Notes under the pieces: model-generated
Seen by the model: the letters and a program-made list of their open reading frames with translations, nothing else
Database searches by the model: none
What the model was told of the DNA's origin: nothing
Shown here: positions 47,975-57,435 of the stretch, piece after piece
Numbering within the stretch: the first letter of the stretch is position 1
Layout: each line of letters begins with the position of its first letter
Position numbers and translations under genes: made by a program
Origin: a virus
Lineage: Duplodnaviria > Caudoviricetes
Virus record (IMG/VR): IMGVR_UViG_3300014204_013734
Coordinates: 256,001 to 320,000 of that record
Reading direction: 5' to 3' (one strand)
DNA: 64,000 nt

Positions 47975-49731
47975 ATGGTGAATTTCCGTCTGTTTTTGAG
48001 CATCCTTTGAAGGTAATTCACCTGTTCGCCGGAGCTGGGGGCGGTATCCTGGGGGACTTGATCCTTGGTCACGAATGTGTTGCTGCCGTAGAGATTGAAC
48101 CCTTCTGCCAACGGGTGTTGAAGGAGCGCATTGTGGACGGGGCATTGCCGGATTTCCCCATCCACGATGATGTCAGGACGTTCCAAGGCAAACCGTGGAA
48201 GGGTAAGATTGACATGATTTCAGGGGGCTTCCCCTGCACCAATATTTCCTTGGCAGGAAAAGGGGAAGGGCTTTCGGGACCACAAAGCGGACTCTGGTTT
48301 GAATTTGCACGGATCATTTCCGAAGCGGAACCCAAGTTCGTGTGGATTGAAAACGTTCCAGCCCTTCGGGGCCGCGGATTAACCGTCGTGCTCGGAAACC
48401 TCCATGACCTGGGCTACAACGCCCGGTGGGGGGTTATGTCCGCTGCTGATGCCGGAGCTCCGCATCTTCGCAAACGTTTTTGGATACTGGCGTGGCGTCA
48501 AGGGGTCGGGAAAGTGTCCGGCGAACCTGCCGCAAAATGGGATTCAAAGGCGAAGTCATGGAGGATCATCCGATCTTTTGATGGGACATCAATCTCTTAT
48601 GGAGAAGCCTTTCCGGTTTGGGGGGTGATGCGTAACGGTGGATTATTCCATCCGCCAATTCCGGAATTCGGTGCTTTCAACGGTGTTTCCTGGCCAACCC
48701 CGAGGTCCGGTAAGGTTTCGGACGAAAACGCAGAATCCTGGATGAAACGGCATGAGGAAGGCAAGGTGTCAACCCCGCCATTGGCTTTGGCCGTGAAGAT
48801 GGCAGACGGGAAAGAACCCTTTCCAACCCCGACGAAGTCCATGGCGACCGTACAGGACATGGAACAGGCAAGGTTTGCGGGAAACGATCCGAAGCGTCCG
48901 AAATACGCGGATGCCTTGAATTCATTTCCGACCCCTAGAGCAACCGATGCCGACCGGGGCGGTAGGGGAGACTTGATCCAGGCAGTTCGGGGGAACGCCA
49001 ATTCCCATCATAGTTCGTGGCCAACCCCTCGGGCGTCCCAAGGGGGTCCTGATTTCGCCCGGGAAGACCGGCCGGAATCAGGTGGTGACGATCTGGCAAC
49101 TGCAGTAGCCCGCGAGGAATTCGGGACGCCTACCGCCAACATGAAGGAAGCATCTGATTCTGAAACATGGCCAACGCCAACGTCTCGTGATTGGCGTTCG
49201 GGAAAAGCAAGTCAGGCTACTTTAAACAAGAATAGCCGTCCCTTGAGTGAAATTGTTGAAAAGCGACTCCAGGAAGAAGCATCCGATCCTTCAAGTTGGC
49301 CAACCCCGCGGGCATGTTCCGCCATTGCGGCGACTTTGACGGAAAACAACCTAGACCCCAGATTATTTCCGAACCTGGAAACTGTGGTGACAAGGTCCGA
49401 CCCGAAAAACATGCTCGGCGGGCAACTTAACCCTGATTGGGTAGAATGGCTGATGGGTTGGCCTATTGGATGGACCAACCTGGACCCCCTGAACATGGAA
49501 TGGTTTGAAATGTGGAAAAAGGGGACAGGTCCTTGGACGCAAGGGGGTTGGTGGGACGAAGACCCGTCCAAGACCGGTTTCGCTCCCAGGGTCGCTAGGG
49601 ATGTTTCGGATCGTGTCCGACGGTTGGCGGCACTTGGCAACGGACAGGTTCCGGCGACCGTTGCCTTGGCTTGGATCACGCTTGCAACAATGCAGGAATC
49701 CACGGATTTAGACACTTTTTTCGGGTGGTAA
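47971..49731 (+). CDS. dcm: DNA cytosine-C5 methyltransferase with WPTP repeats
   Basis: LFAGAGG, GGFPC, ENV, R.R.W and ALGNGQV motifs, plus seven (W/F/G)xTP repeats. Confidence 0.9.
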   Translation: MNGEFPSVFEHPLKVIHLFAGAGGGILGDLILGHECVAAVEIEPFCQRVLKERIVDGALPDFPIHDDVRTFQGKPWKGKIDMISGGFPCTNISLAGKGEGLSGPQSGLWFEFARIISEAEPKFVWIENVPALRGRGLTVVLGNLHDLGYNARWGVMSAADAGAPHLRKRFWILAWRQGVGKVSGEPAAKWDSKAKSWRIIRSFDGTSISYGEAFPVWGVMRNGGLFHPPIPEFGAFNGVSWPTPRSGKVSDENAESWMKRHEEGKVSTPPLALAVKMADGKEPFPTPTKSMATVQDMEQARFAGNDPKRPKYADALNSFPTPRATDADRGGRGDLIQAVRGNANSHHSSWPTPRASQGGPDFAREDRPESGGDDLATAVAREEFGTPTANMKEASDSETWPTPTSRDWRSGKASQATLNKNSRPLSEIVEKRLQEEASDPSSWPTPRACSAIAATLTENNLDPRLFPNLETVVTRSDPKNMLGGQLNPDWVEWLMGWPIGWTNLDPLNMEWFEMWKKGTGPWTQGGWWDEDPSKTGFAPRVARDVSDRVRRLAALGNGQVPATVALAWITLATMQESTDLDTFFGW

Positions 49732-49734
49732 AGA

Positions 49735-50322
49735 ATGAAACAAGAAGAAATTTATAAGGCTATGCGGGCTAGGTTTGCAACGGTTCTGGACGGATTCGTC
49801 GGTCAACGTTTGGAACCCCGTACCGTGCGTCAGATCAAACAAACCCTACAGGCTACTCTTTCCAGGATGATTGACGAAGGTCTTATTAACTTCCCCGTAC
49901 CAAATTGGCAACTGCGTGTGTACGAAAATGAAGGAAGCCTGGAAATCGTTTTTGGGGATCCAGATGAAAACCTACCGAAGAAAGGAACGGAGATGTTTTT
50001 GGACGAATACCAAGACAAGGCAAAAGTCACGGCTTTTTATCCTCGCAGATGGGCTAACCTGAATTATCCGACACTTGGACTGTGCGGGGAAGCTGGGGAA
50101 TTCGCCAACAAGGTGAAGAAGATTGAACGGGATCATGGGGGTGTTCTGACCGACGCTGTTCGGCAAGCCCTCAAAGAAGAACTGGGAGACGTGCTTTGGT
50201 ACGTGGCCATGTGCGCTGATGAACTTGGGCTTACTTTGTCGGATGTAGCGGAAACCAACGTGGCCAAGTTAGCATCCCGATTGGCACGGGATCAGATCAA
50301 GGGTGAAGGGGACCAGAGATGA
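49735..50322 (+). CDS. MazG-like nucleotide pyrophosphatase
   Basis: LGLCGEAGE, EELGDVLWY and N..KL..R motifs. Confidence 0.85.
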   Translation: MKQEEIYKAMRARFATVLDGFVGQRLEPRTVRQIKQTLQATLSRMIDEGLINFPVPNWQLRVYENEGSLEIVFGDPDENLPKKGTEMFLDEYQDKAKVTAFYPRRWANLNYPTLGLCGEAGEFANKVKKIERDHGGVLTDAVRQALKEELGDVLWYVAMCADELGLTLSDVAETNVAKLASRLARDQIKGEGDQR

Positions 50323-50984
50323 AAAAACCTTATCAACACATTAAGGTGCAGAAATTTTTGGATGACCAAAGTCAACGCCTGGAAACGGGGGCGGTTTGTG
50401 TAAATTTGGACTGGCCAGGTTTATTTATCCGGGGGGATAGTTGTCATGGATTCCTGATGCGTATTTTGGAACATCTTCAATGTGTTCTTGAAGGAGGAAA
50501 TGCAATTATGACCTGTCAACCTTTGTTGGAACTGGTTCATTTGCTGGACTCTCCAGTGCACTACGGGCCTGAATATGGACAATACGTTTCGCGTTTTTTG
50601 GAAGAACTGGACAATCGTTTTTCAATGTCCGATGACCCTAAGAAACCCTTGTATGATCCAAAAAGGGTGTCGGAAAGGGCTTTGTCGGAATTGGAAGCTA
50701 AGTTCAGGGAAGCCCTTTCAGGTATGCTTGATAAGACCTGGAATAACGCTTCCGAAGAAGAACTGAACGACTTTCTTAAGAAAGTCGTCATTGAATTCAT
50801 TGATAAGGATTTCCTTCCTTGGTGGTCTCTTCCAACAATCAAATGGGAAGTTGTAGCTTCTGAAGGATGGTCTTCTTTGAAATTCAATTTCCGCATACCG
50901 GGGAAATCTGACAAATTCTTCATTCAACCTTTCAAAAAGGAAAAAGACGGAAATGACCACGGAAGAGTTGGGACCCCATGTTAG
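50319..50984 (+). CDS. Hypothetical protein
   Basis: Coupled ORF with a DWPGLFIRGD motif. Confidence 0.55.
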   Translation: MKKPYQHIKVQKFLDDQSQRLETGAVCVNLDWPGLFIRGDSCHGFLMRILEHLQCVLEGGNAIMTCQPLLELVHLLDSPVHYGPEYGQYVSRFLEELDNRFSMSDDPKKPLYDPKRVSERALSELEAKFREALSGMLDKTWNNASEEELNDFLKKVVIEFIDKDFLPWWSLPTIKWEVVASEGWSSLKFNFRIPGKSDKFFIQPFKKEKDGNDHGRVGTPC

Positions 50985-51256
50985 AAACCGGGGCATGTTT
51001 GATTTCCAGGACCGGCATGCGGTTAACCCAGGTTCCGAAGATAGATTGCACTACTTCCATCAAAGCTGGGAAAACGATTGGACGCGTCCACGTATGGCTT
51101 CTGGAAAATGCCGTTCTGCAGGCGGAAGCTTTGAATGACGAATGGGTGTCATCCATGTTTTCAAAGTGGGAAGCAAAACGGTTGACTGATGCCGATGTGG
51201 AAACCTTAAACGATTGGTTGTTTGATCCTGAATTTGGACAAGGAAACAGGGCATGA
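50978..51256 (+). CDS. Hypothetical protein
   Basis: Coupled ORF. Its stop overlaps the ATG at 51253. Confidence 0.5.
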   Translation: MLETGACLISRTGMRLTQVPKIDCTTSIKAGKTIGRVHVWLLENAVLQAEALNDEWVSSMFSKWEAKRLTDADVETLNDWLFDPEFGQGNRA

Positions 51257-52503
51257 CACAGAAACTCGTCCTCAGACTCGGCAATTGTGTCGAAGTTATG
51301 CGGACTTTAGAGGAGGGAAGTGTAGGGGGGGTCGTAACTGACCCCCCCTACTAGTTGAATGGGATATCGTTCATGGGTAGAAAATGGGACACCGTGGATG
51401 AAAACAATACGCCAGTTCAGGAAGATTCGTCCAATGATGTTGAGCCAGAAGGGGTGTTCCTGGAACATGTCCATGCGCAGCAGGCATGGCACCTAGCCTG
51501 GCTCAAGGAAGCGTTCCGCGTCCTGAAGCCGGGCGGGGTCATTAAAGCATTCAGTGCGACCCGAACATTCCACAGGCTTGTTGCCGCCATGCAGGAAGCT
51601 GGTTTTGTTGATGTCAGGCTTCAAGCTTGGGTCTACGGATGTCTGTCGGAAGACACTGAAATTTTGGTCCGTCAGGGTAGTAGGGAAGAATGGATCCGGT
51701 ATCCGGGAGATGAAGCTATTCAGGGTTTGGAAACGCTTTGTTTTGATATGACAACAGGTCTGCGGTGGGAACGTATCCTTGAAGGGTTTTCCTATGACTA
51801 CGACGATATTGCTTTTCATCTAAAGGGTCCCCGTACTGACCAATTGGTATCAAAGAACCATAGGTGTTTGTTGATGGGGGCCGAAGGCAAGATGCAATTT
51901 GAATTGGCGGAAAATCTTCCTTCGTCCGTGATCATTCCTATCATTCCGGATTGGGTGCAACCGGTGCAGGAAGGGGATAACATCCTGTGGGGTGTAGCGG
52001 ACGTGAAACCCGTGTATTATACGGGTACCGTCTGGTGCGTGAAAGTTCCTACGGGGGCGTTCGTAGCCCGTAGGAATGGGAAAATCTTCATCACCGGGAA
52101 CAGTGGGTTTCCAAAATCATTAAGCATTTCTAAGGCTTTGGACAAGAAACAAGACAATGATCTTAAACGGGAAGTACGAAGAGCCGCAGTAGCAGCAGTT
52201 CAAGAAGCCGGGTTGTTTCTGCCGTCCAATTCTTTGTGGGATTGGACGGTTGGCGAACATGGTCCTGGGGATACATGGTGGAAAAAGTTTCAAGAAACAC
52301 TCCCAGGGCTTACGGACGAAAACAGAGAAAAGATTGAAGGTGCTATTGTGGCTACGGTTCAGAAAACAGCGGGTTGGTTTACTAGGAAGGATATTTACGA
52401 AGTACGGGCCCCTGCTTCTGCGAATTCTAAAAAGTGGTCCAAATACGGAACGGCCGTGAAACCGGCTTGGGAATCCATCGTCGTTGGGAGGAAACCGGAA
52501 TGA
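51253..52503 (+). CDS. DNA N6/N4 methyltransferase catalytic module, with an in-frame TAG after DPPY and a mini-intein
   Basis: MTQKL..GNCVEVM..VVTDPPY*LNGISFMGRKWD..RVLKPGG..YG[intein]SGFPKS..GTAVKPAWESIVVGRKP. No FxGxG motif. Confidence 0.75.
51322..51351 (+). other. Perfect 12-bp hairpin ending at the Tyr codon before the TAG
   Basis: GTAGGGGGGGTC-gtaact-GACCCCCCCTAC. Confidence 0.85.
51640..52101 (+). mobile_element. Mini-intein (154 aa, no endonuclease)
   Basis: YG|CLSEDTEIL...VSKNHR...VWCVKVPTGAFVARRNGKIFITGN|S. Confidence 0.9.
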
Positions 52504-52889
52504 GCAAGTCCATGACCGAAACTGAAATTTGCCGCAAGATTGCTCTTTATGACCCTGAAATCAATCTTCCAGTACGGTGTCTTGAGTTGAATCTCAGCGT
52601 CTTGGCAAATGCCTTTTGGCGGATAGAATGCTACAACAACGCTGTCGTGGCAATAAGTGCTTGCCATGATACAATGGTTTTGCTCCGTGAACTGCTTTCC
52701 GATGATTTCCTGGAAAGGTCTCCCGAAGGGGTTGATCTGCTTTGGGGGGCTTCTTTGGTGGAATGTACGACCATTCCCGAAGGCCAAATCTGGATGATCG
52801 GGGATCAGGAATCCCCTGCGGCTGTTACCTTCATCCAATTCAGTAATCCGAGGGAAGAAACTCTCGGGCTGTCGTATTCATTGAACTGA
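52500..52889 (+). CDS. Hypothetical protein
   Basis: ATGA-coupled ORF. Confidence 0.55.
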   Translation: MSKSMTETEICRKIALYDPEINLPVRCLELNLSVLANAFWRIECYNNAVVAISACHDTMVLLRELLSDDFLERSPEGVDLLWGASLVECTTIPEGQIWMIGDQESPAAVTFIQFSNPREETLGLSYSLN

Positions 52890-52911
52890 ACGGGGAAGAA
52901 ACCTTCTGACC

Positions 52912-53421
52912 ATGATCCTCGCCATCACAGGACACCGACCCCAAAAATTGGGCGGATACAAGGACAACCCAACCCGGAAAATCGTGCAGGCGGCGATGTC
53001 CCAGGCGTTCCTTGACCTGAAACCCGAAAAGATCATTACAGGCATGGCCCTTGGGGTTGACCAGTGGGCGGCGGCTTTGGCCGTCAGACACGGCATTCCG
53101 TTCATTGCGGCCATCCCCTGTCTTGAACAGGAAACGGTTTGGAATTCCGATGTCCAAGACCGTTATTGGCAAATCCTCAAGCTTGCTTCCGAAGTAGTAG
53201 TTGTGACCCAAACGCCATACAATCCGACTGTCATGGCTAAACGAAATCTTTGGATGCTTGATCGGGCTGATGCCGTATTGGCTATTTGGGACGGCAGCAG
53301 AGGCGGGACAGGTCATTGTGTTGCCGAAGCATTGAAGCGAAACATCCCTGTGCATCGTATTCTTCCCGAAACAGGGGAACGAATCATAATGCTTGTCGGA
53401 AAACCCGTTCCGAGGAATTAG
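52912..53421 (+). CDS. SLOG-family (YspA/DUF1273-like) protein
   Basis: ITGHRP, TGMALGVDQ, RN..M and GGT..CV motifs. Confidence 0.85.
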   Translation: MILAITGHRPQKLGGYKDNPTRKIVQAAMSQAFLDLKPEKIITGMALGVDQWAAALAVRHGIPFIAAIPCLEQETVWNSDVQDRYWQILKLASEVVVVTQTPYNPTVMAKRNLWMLDRADAVLAIWDGSRGGTGHCVAEALKRNIPVHRILPETGERIIMLVGKPVPRN

Positions 53422-53424
53422 GTG

Positions 53425-54609
53425 ATGGGAAAATACACGGTCCGACGAAGATGTGGCCATGAAGAAGAATTGAACCTGTATGGGCATATAGAAGAACGGG
53501 ACCGTCGTCGTGACTACGAAACAGGGCTGTTGTGCGCCCAGTGTTACAAACTGAAACTGGAAGAAGACCGTCGTAAAGCCAGCGAAGCAGCGGCGTTGGA
53601 GGGCAAGGAAAAGGGTTTGCCGGACCTTGTCGGCACCGAAAAACAGATTGCCTGGGCATTACGTATCCGTCGTTCTGTTTGTGAAGACCTTGCTAGTGCG
53701 GAATCCTGGGTTTTGGGTGAACGTGAAAAAAGGAGTCTGTCGGAAGAAGATACCTGCCTTCGGTTAAAGGAACTGTCCAACATTCGCGAACAGAATTCCG
53801 CTTCCTGGTGGATAAATGAATTCAAGGAACTTGATCTATTGTCCTGGCACGCAATGCGAAATTATCTGAAAGACCGATTTGAAAAGACACAACATGACCA
53901 AGAACTGAAAATGCTTCATGAATCTGAAGAGTCTATTCGTGAAGATCAGGATTTGCTTCGGCCTTCCAGCCCAGTCACCAACGCGGTAGTGGAAATCACG
54001 TCTTCAAATGACACTATTTGCCTACGACTGCCCGAATTCAACGATACGTTCATAACCGTAACTAAGAAGCTTCATTTCGGATGGGATAAAATGAAGTTTT
54101 TTTGGAAACGAACGCTTGATGAACGTTCCCTTCCTATGCAAGACCGCGTAGCTGAAACGGGGGCCGTTTTGTTGGCTTCTGGTTTCATGATCCGTGTTGA
54201 CCGCAGTGTGGTTCCTTTGATTGTTTCCGGAAATTATGAACGTGAAACGACGAAATGGGTGACGAAAGGAGGTCGGAATTTCCGTATTACTTGGAGGGAA
54301 GACGACGGAAATTTCAACACCTTATTGAATCAAATCAGGGGCTACAAACAAAACCGTAAGTTTGCGTGTTGCGTTCACATTCCGTCAAATCAGTGGGAAC
54401 TTGTGCTGGATTTTGCCGAACAACACGGATTCAAAATTGGGGAGGAAGCAAAGAAATTTGCCGAAAGAATTGCGCATGATTTCAAATCTTCCCTGGTTGT
54501 GGACATCAAATTGAATGAAAAAATTGTTGTCGGTCCGGTCGGGGGCCCGCCTAAAGCGTTGATCGTTCCAGAAACGGTAGACGTGGACGATGAATTTAAG
54601 GACAACTAG
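53425..54609 (+). CDS. Hypothetical protein with an N-terminal Zn-ribbon
   Basis: CGH..CAQC, LPDLVGTEKQIAWA..IR and SASWWI motifs. Confidence 0.65.
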   Translation: MGKYTVRRRCGHEEELNLYGHIEERDRRRDYETGLLCAQCYKLKLEEDRRKASEAAALEGKEKGLPDLVGTEKQIAWALRIRRSVCEDLASAESWVLGEREKRSLSEEDTCLRLKELSNIREQNSASWWINEFKELDLLSWHAMRNYLKDRFEKTQHDQELKMLHESEESIREDQDLLRPSSPVTNAVVEITSSNDTICLRLPEFNDTFITVTKKLHFGWDKMKFFWKRTLDERSLPMQDRVAETGAVLLASGFMIRVDRSVVPLIVSGNYERETTKWVTKGGRNFRITWREDDGNFNTLLNQIRGYKQNRKFACCVHIPSNQWELVLDFAEQHGFKIGEEAKKFAERIAHDFKSSLVVDIKLNEKIVVGPVGGPPKALIVPETVDVDDEFKDN

Positions 54610-56005
54610 TCAACTTCTTCCCCACCAAAAGGAAGCAGTAGCGAAGCTTTCCGGGACACGCATCGGTGCCCTTTTCATGGAAATGGGCACTGGGAAAACA
54701 AGGACCACCATAGAACTGGTTTCCTTGCGGCAAGAACGGATTGATCGTTGCGTTTGGTTCTGCCCTGTTTCCTTGAAAACCACAATTGCCGCTGAAATAC
54801 GGAAACACACCAACGCGGTAGATTCCGACATTCACGTTTTTGACCATCGAACATCTAAGCGGGATATGCCCGATGCGCAATGGTACGTGATCGGCATTGA
54901 AAGCATGAGCAAGTCGATGCGTATTATTTTCGCCGCAAGTGCCCTCATCACTGAAAAAACTTTTGTTGTGGTTGATGAATCCAGTTACATCAAAGGATAC
55001 AGTTCTTTGAGAACGCGGAGGTTAACTGCTCTTGCTGAACAAGCTCAGTACAGATTGATTCTTACGGGAACTCCAATCAGCCAGGGTGTCGTCGACCTAT
55101 TTGCACAGATGCGGTTTCTTTCACCTAAAATCCTTGGCTATCGCAGTTTCTTTAGTTTCGCTGCCAACCATCTTGAATATTCAAAAAAGTATCCAGGCAT
55201 GATCGTGCGCAGCCACAACCTTGACTACCTTGCTGCCAAGATCAAACCGTACGTTTATCAGGTGACGAAGAAGGAATGCCTCACGTTGCCGCCGAAATTG
55301 CACGAATCCTATTACTTCGATATGACCGGGCGGCAAACGGAAGCCTATGACCGAGCCAAATGTGAATTACTGATGGATATCCCTGATGAAGAAGTTACGT
55401 CATGGGTGATTTTCAAGTTGTTTTCGGCTTTGCAGTCCATCACATGTGGGTTTTGGAATCGTCGTACCCCTGAGGGCATTGTTGAAGAACGTTATCCCCA
55501 TGGAAGAATCAAACTTCTTATGGACGTAGTCAATAGGATTCCGAAAGACGAAAAGGTCATCGTTTGGGCCAAGTATCATTATGATATTGAAGGGATTGTT
55601 TTGGATTTGGAAAACCGATGGGGACCGGGATCTTGTGCGGTTTACACGGGCAAGAAGTCCGAACGGGAACGGGTAGAGGAAATTTCTAAATTCAGGAATG
55701 ATGCCCGCTTTTTCGTTGCTACGCCATCGGCCGGAGGGCATGGGTTGACCTTGAACGAAGCTCACCATGTCGTCTTTTACAACAATGGATTCAAGTTTTC
55801 GGAACGTCTCCAGGCCGAAGACCGCTGTCATCGTATCGGGCAGGGATGTCCGGTTACGTATGTGGATATTCTGTGTTCAGGATCAATAGACGAACGCATC
55901 AAAGAAGCCTTGGACGCAAAAGAAAACGTGGTTGACAGATTCAAAAGGGAATTGGATATGGTCAAGCGTTCGGGTATACGTAAAAGGTTGCTGGAAATTC
56001 TCTGA
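54590..56005 (+). CDS. SNF2-family helicase
   Basis: MEMGTGKT, VDES, LTGTP, GHGLTL and QAEDRCHRIGQ motifs. Confidence 0.9.
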   Translation: MNLRTTSQLLPHQKEAVAKLSGTRIGALFMEMGTGKTRTTIELVSLRQERIDRCVWFCPVSLKTTIAAEIRKHTNAVDSDIHVFDHRTSKRDMPDAQWYVIGIESMSKSMRIIFAASALITEKTFVVVDESSYIKGYSSLRTRRLTALAEQAQYRLILTGTPISQGVVDLFAQMRFLSPKILGYRSFFSFAANHLEYSKKYPGMIVRSHNLDYLAAKIKPYVYQVTKKECLTLPPKLHESYYFDMTGRQTEAYDRAKCELLMDIPDEEVTSWVIFKLFSALQSITCGFWNRRTPEGIVEERYPHGRIKLLMDVVNRIPKDEKVIVWAKYHYDIEGIVLDLENRWGPGSCAVYTGKKSERERVEEISKFRNDARFFVATPSAGGHGLTLNEAHHVVFYNNGFKFSERLQAEDRCHRIGQGCPVTYVDILCSGSIDERIKEALDAKENVVDRFKRELDMVKRSGIRKRLLEIL

Positions 56006-56018
56006 ATCGGAAAAGGAT

Positions 56019-56681
56019 GTGGCATTGGGCAAAATTTTCCTTTACGGGGACAGTTGGGAACGGTATCCGATTACGGAAGGGGCAGAATGGACGGACCCCG
56101 GCACCGGATCCGTGGTTGCCGTGTCTGACATCCGCAATCCCCTGCCGAAGTTTATGGTTGGGGCGGAAATGGTCTATTCCGACCCTCCCTGGGACCTGAA
56201 CAACATCAATGCCTTCCTTACGAAAGCGGGAAGGGCTGATTACGTTGACAGATTTCCTTCCTTCTTGGACGTTTTCTTCAACCGACTCAGGGAAATTCAC
56301 CCGAAGGTGTGTTACCTTGAAATGGGGGTAAAAAACGCAGCTTTGGTCAGGGAACATTTGAAACAGGATTTTGCTTCCGTTCAGGAATGGCCCATTCTGT
56401 ATTACCGCAAGCATCCGTGCTTCCTGTTCAGGGGAGGACCGACACCGGTAGAAATGGACTTTTCCGGCCTGGACGACTCGGAAACCCCGTTCACGGCGAT
56501 CATTTCCGAATGTCCGGTATCGGTAGCCGACTTGTGCACCGGAAGGGGTCTGACAGCCGTAGCAGCATTCAAGGCGAACGTTAGGTTCTTCGGCACTGAA
56601 ATCAACCGGCGCCGTTTGGCCGTGGCCTTGGACAGGGTGAATAGGATAGGGGGGGCCTATGCGCCGCGTCCAATTCCTTAA
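56019..56681 (+). CDS. Small beta-class methyltransferase
   Basis: YSDPPW followed by DLCTGRG and GTEIN. GTG start. Confidence 0.7.
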   Translation: MALGKIFLYGDSWERYPITEGAEWTDPGTGSVVAVSDIRNPLPKFMVGAEMVYSDPPWDLNNINAFLTKAGRADYVDRFPSFLDVFFNRLREIHPKVCYLEMGVKNAALVREHLKQDFASVQEWPILYYRKHPCFLFRGGPTPVEMDFSGLDDSETPFTAIISECPVSVADLCTGRGLTAVAAFKANVRFFGTEINRRRLAVALDRVNRIGGAYAPRPIP

Positions 56682-57435
56682 AGACACCGCAAAAGCCATT
56701 CTTCCCGAACTCCCTTCTGGAACCTTGGTCCTGCACAGAAAGGGGTTTGATTACGGGATTCCTGAAATCCCTGGTGCGGAATACATGGATTTCCTTGAAT
56801 ACAAAACCAAATATCCGGCTCTGAATCCCCCGGCTATCGTCATGGTCGGACTCAACCGCATTATTACACCCGGCAACCGCTGCGATATGGTCAACGAATA
56901 CCTACAGACCATGACGCCGAACCTGCCTAAGATATGCCTTGACACAGCCCCGTTCCTTGGGGAACCTTGGCGTCTGTGGTTCCATTATTCCGTTGCCGGA
57001 TCCGGGCGTTTCGGTATCTCTTACAGCTATGCTTTAGAAACGGAATGGGAACATTGGTTCCATAGGGACGTGCCGGACTGCCGGTTGTCGGCTTCCAACA
57101 TCAGGATGCTTCTGACCGATACGGTTTCGGATTTGGATCTTCTGAAAACGACGTTCCACTTCATAGAACCATCTCCCGACGAAGAGGATTGGTACAATGA
57201 AGTGAAGAAGCAGGCGTTTGAACGGCACAGCACTCCGAAGATGCTGGTCAACACGCTCCTGGCGGCCGTTAACCGTCGCTTCGGACTGAAAGTGTCATAC
57301 GACAGCTACCTGGAAAACAAGGAAGTCGAGCTCCTGGATTTGGGTGTGTATCGTTTTGTGGCGGAAGAGGCTGTCCGGAGGATGGACATATACAACGAGG
57401 TCGTCCGTCATGGGCACGAAAACCTACCTGGATAA
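56659..57435 (+). CDS. Hypothetical protein in the Ibr module
   Basis: Overlapping ORF between the MTase and IbrA. Confidence 0.6.
   Translation: MRRVQFLKDTAKAILPELPSGTLVLHRKGFDYGIPEIPGAEYMDFLEYKTKYPALNPPAIVMVGLNRIITPGNRCDMVNEYLQTMTPNLPKICLDTAPFLGEPWRLWFHYSVAGSGRFGISYSYALETEWEHWFHRDVPDCRLSASNIRMLLTDTVSDLDLLKTTFHFIEPSPDEEDWYNEVKKQAFERHSTPKMLVNTLLAAVNRRFGLKVSYDSYLENKEVELLDLGVYRFVAEEAVRRMDIYNEVVRHGHENLPG

Noticed and set aside
51325-51348. G7/C7 tracts as a phase-variation switch that removes the stop
   Set aside because: The segments before and after the TAG are already in the same frame, so a slip of 1 nt would break it.
51352-51354. Genome-wide TAG reassignment as the explanation for the in-frame stop
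   Set aside because: TAG cleanly ends genes at 4507, 9885, 28602, 35999, 41701, 53421 and 54609, and the long ORFs are intact in the standard code.
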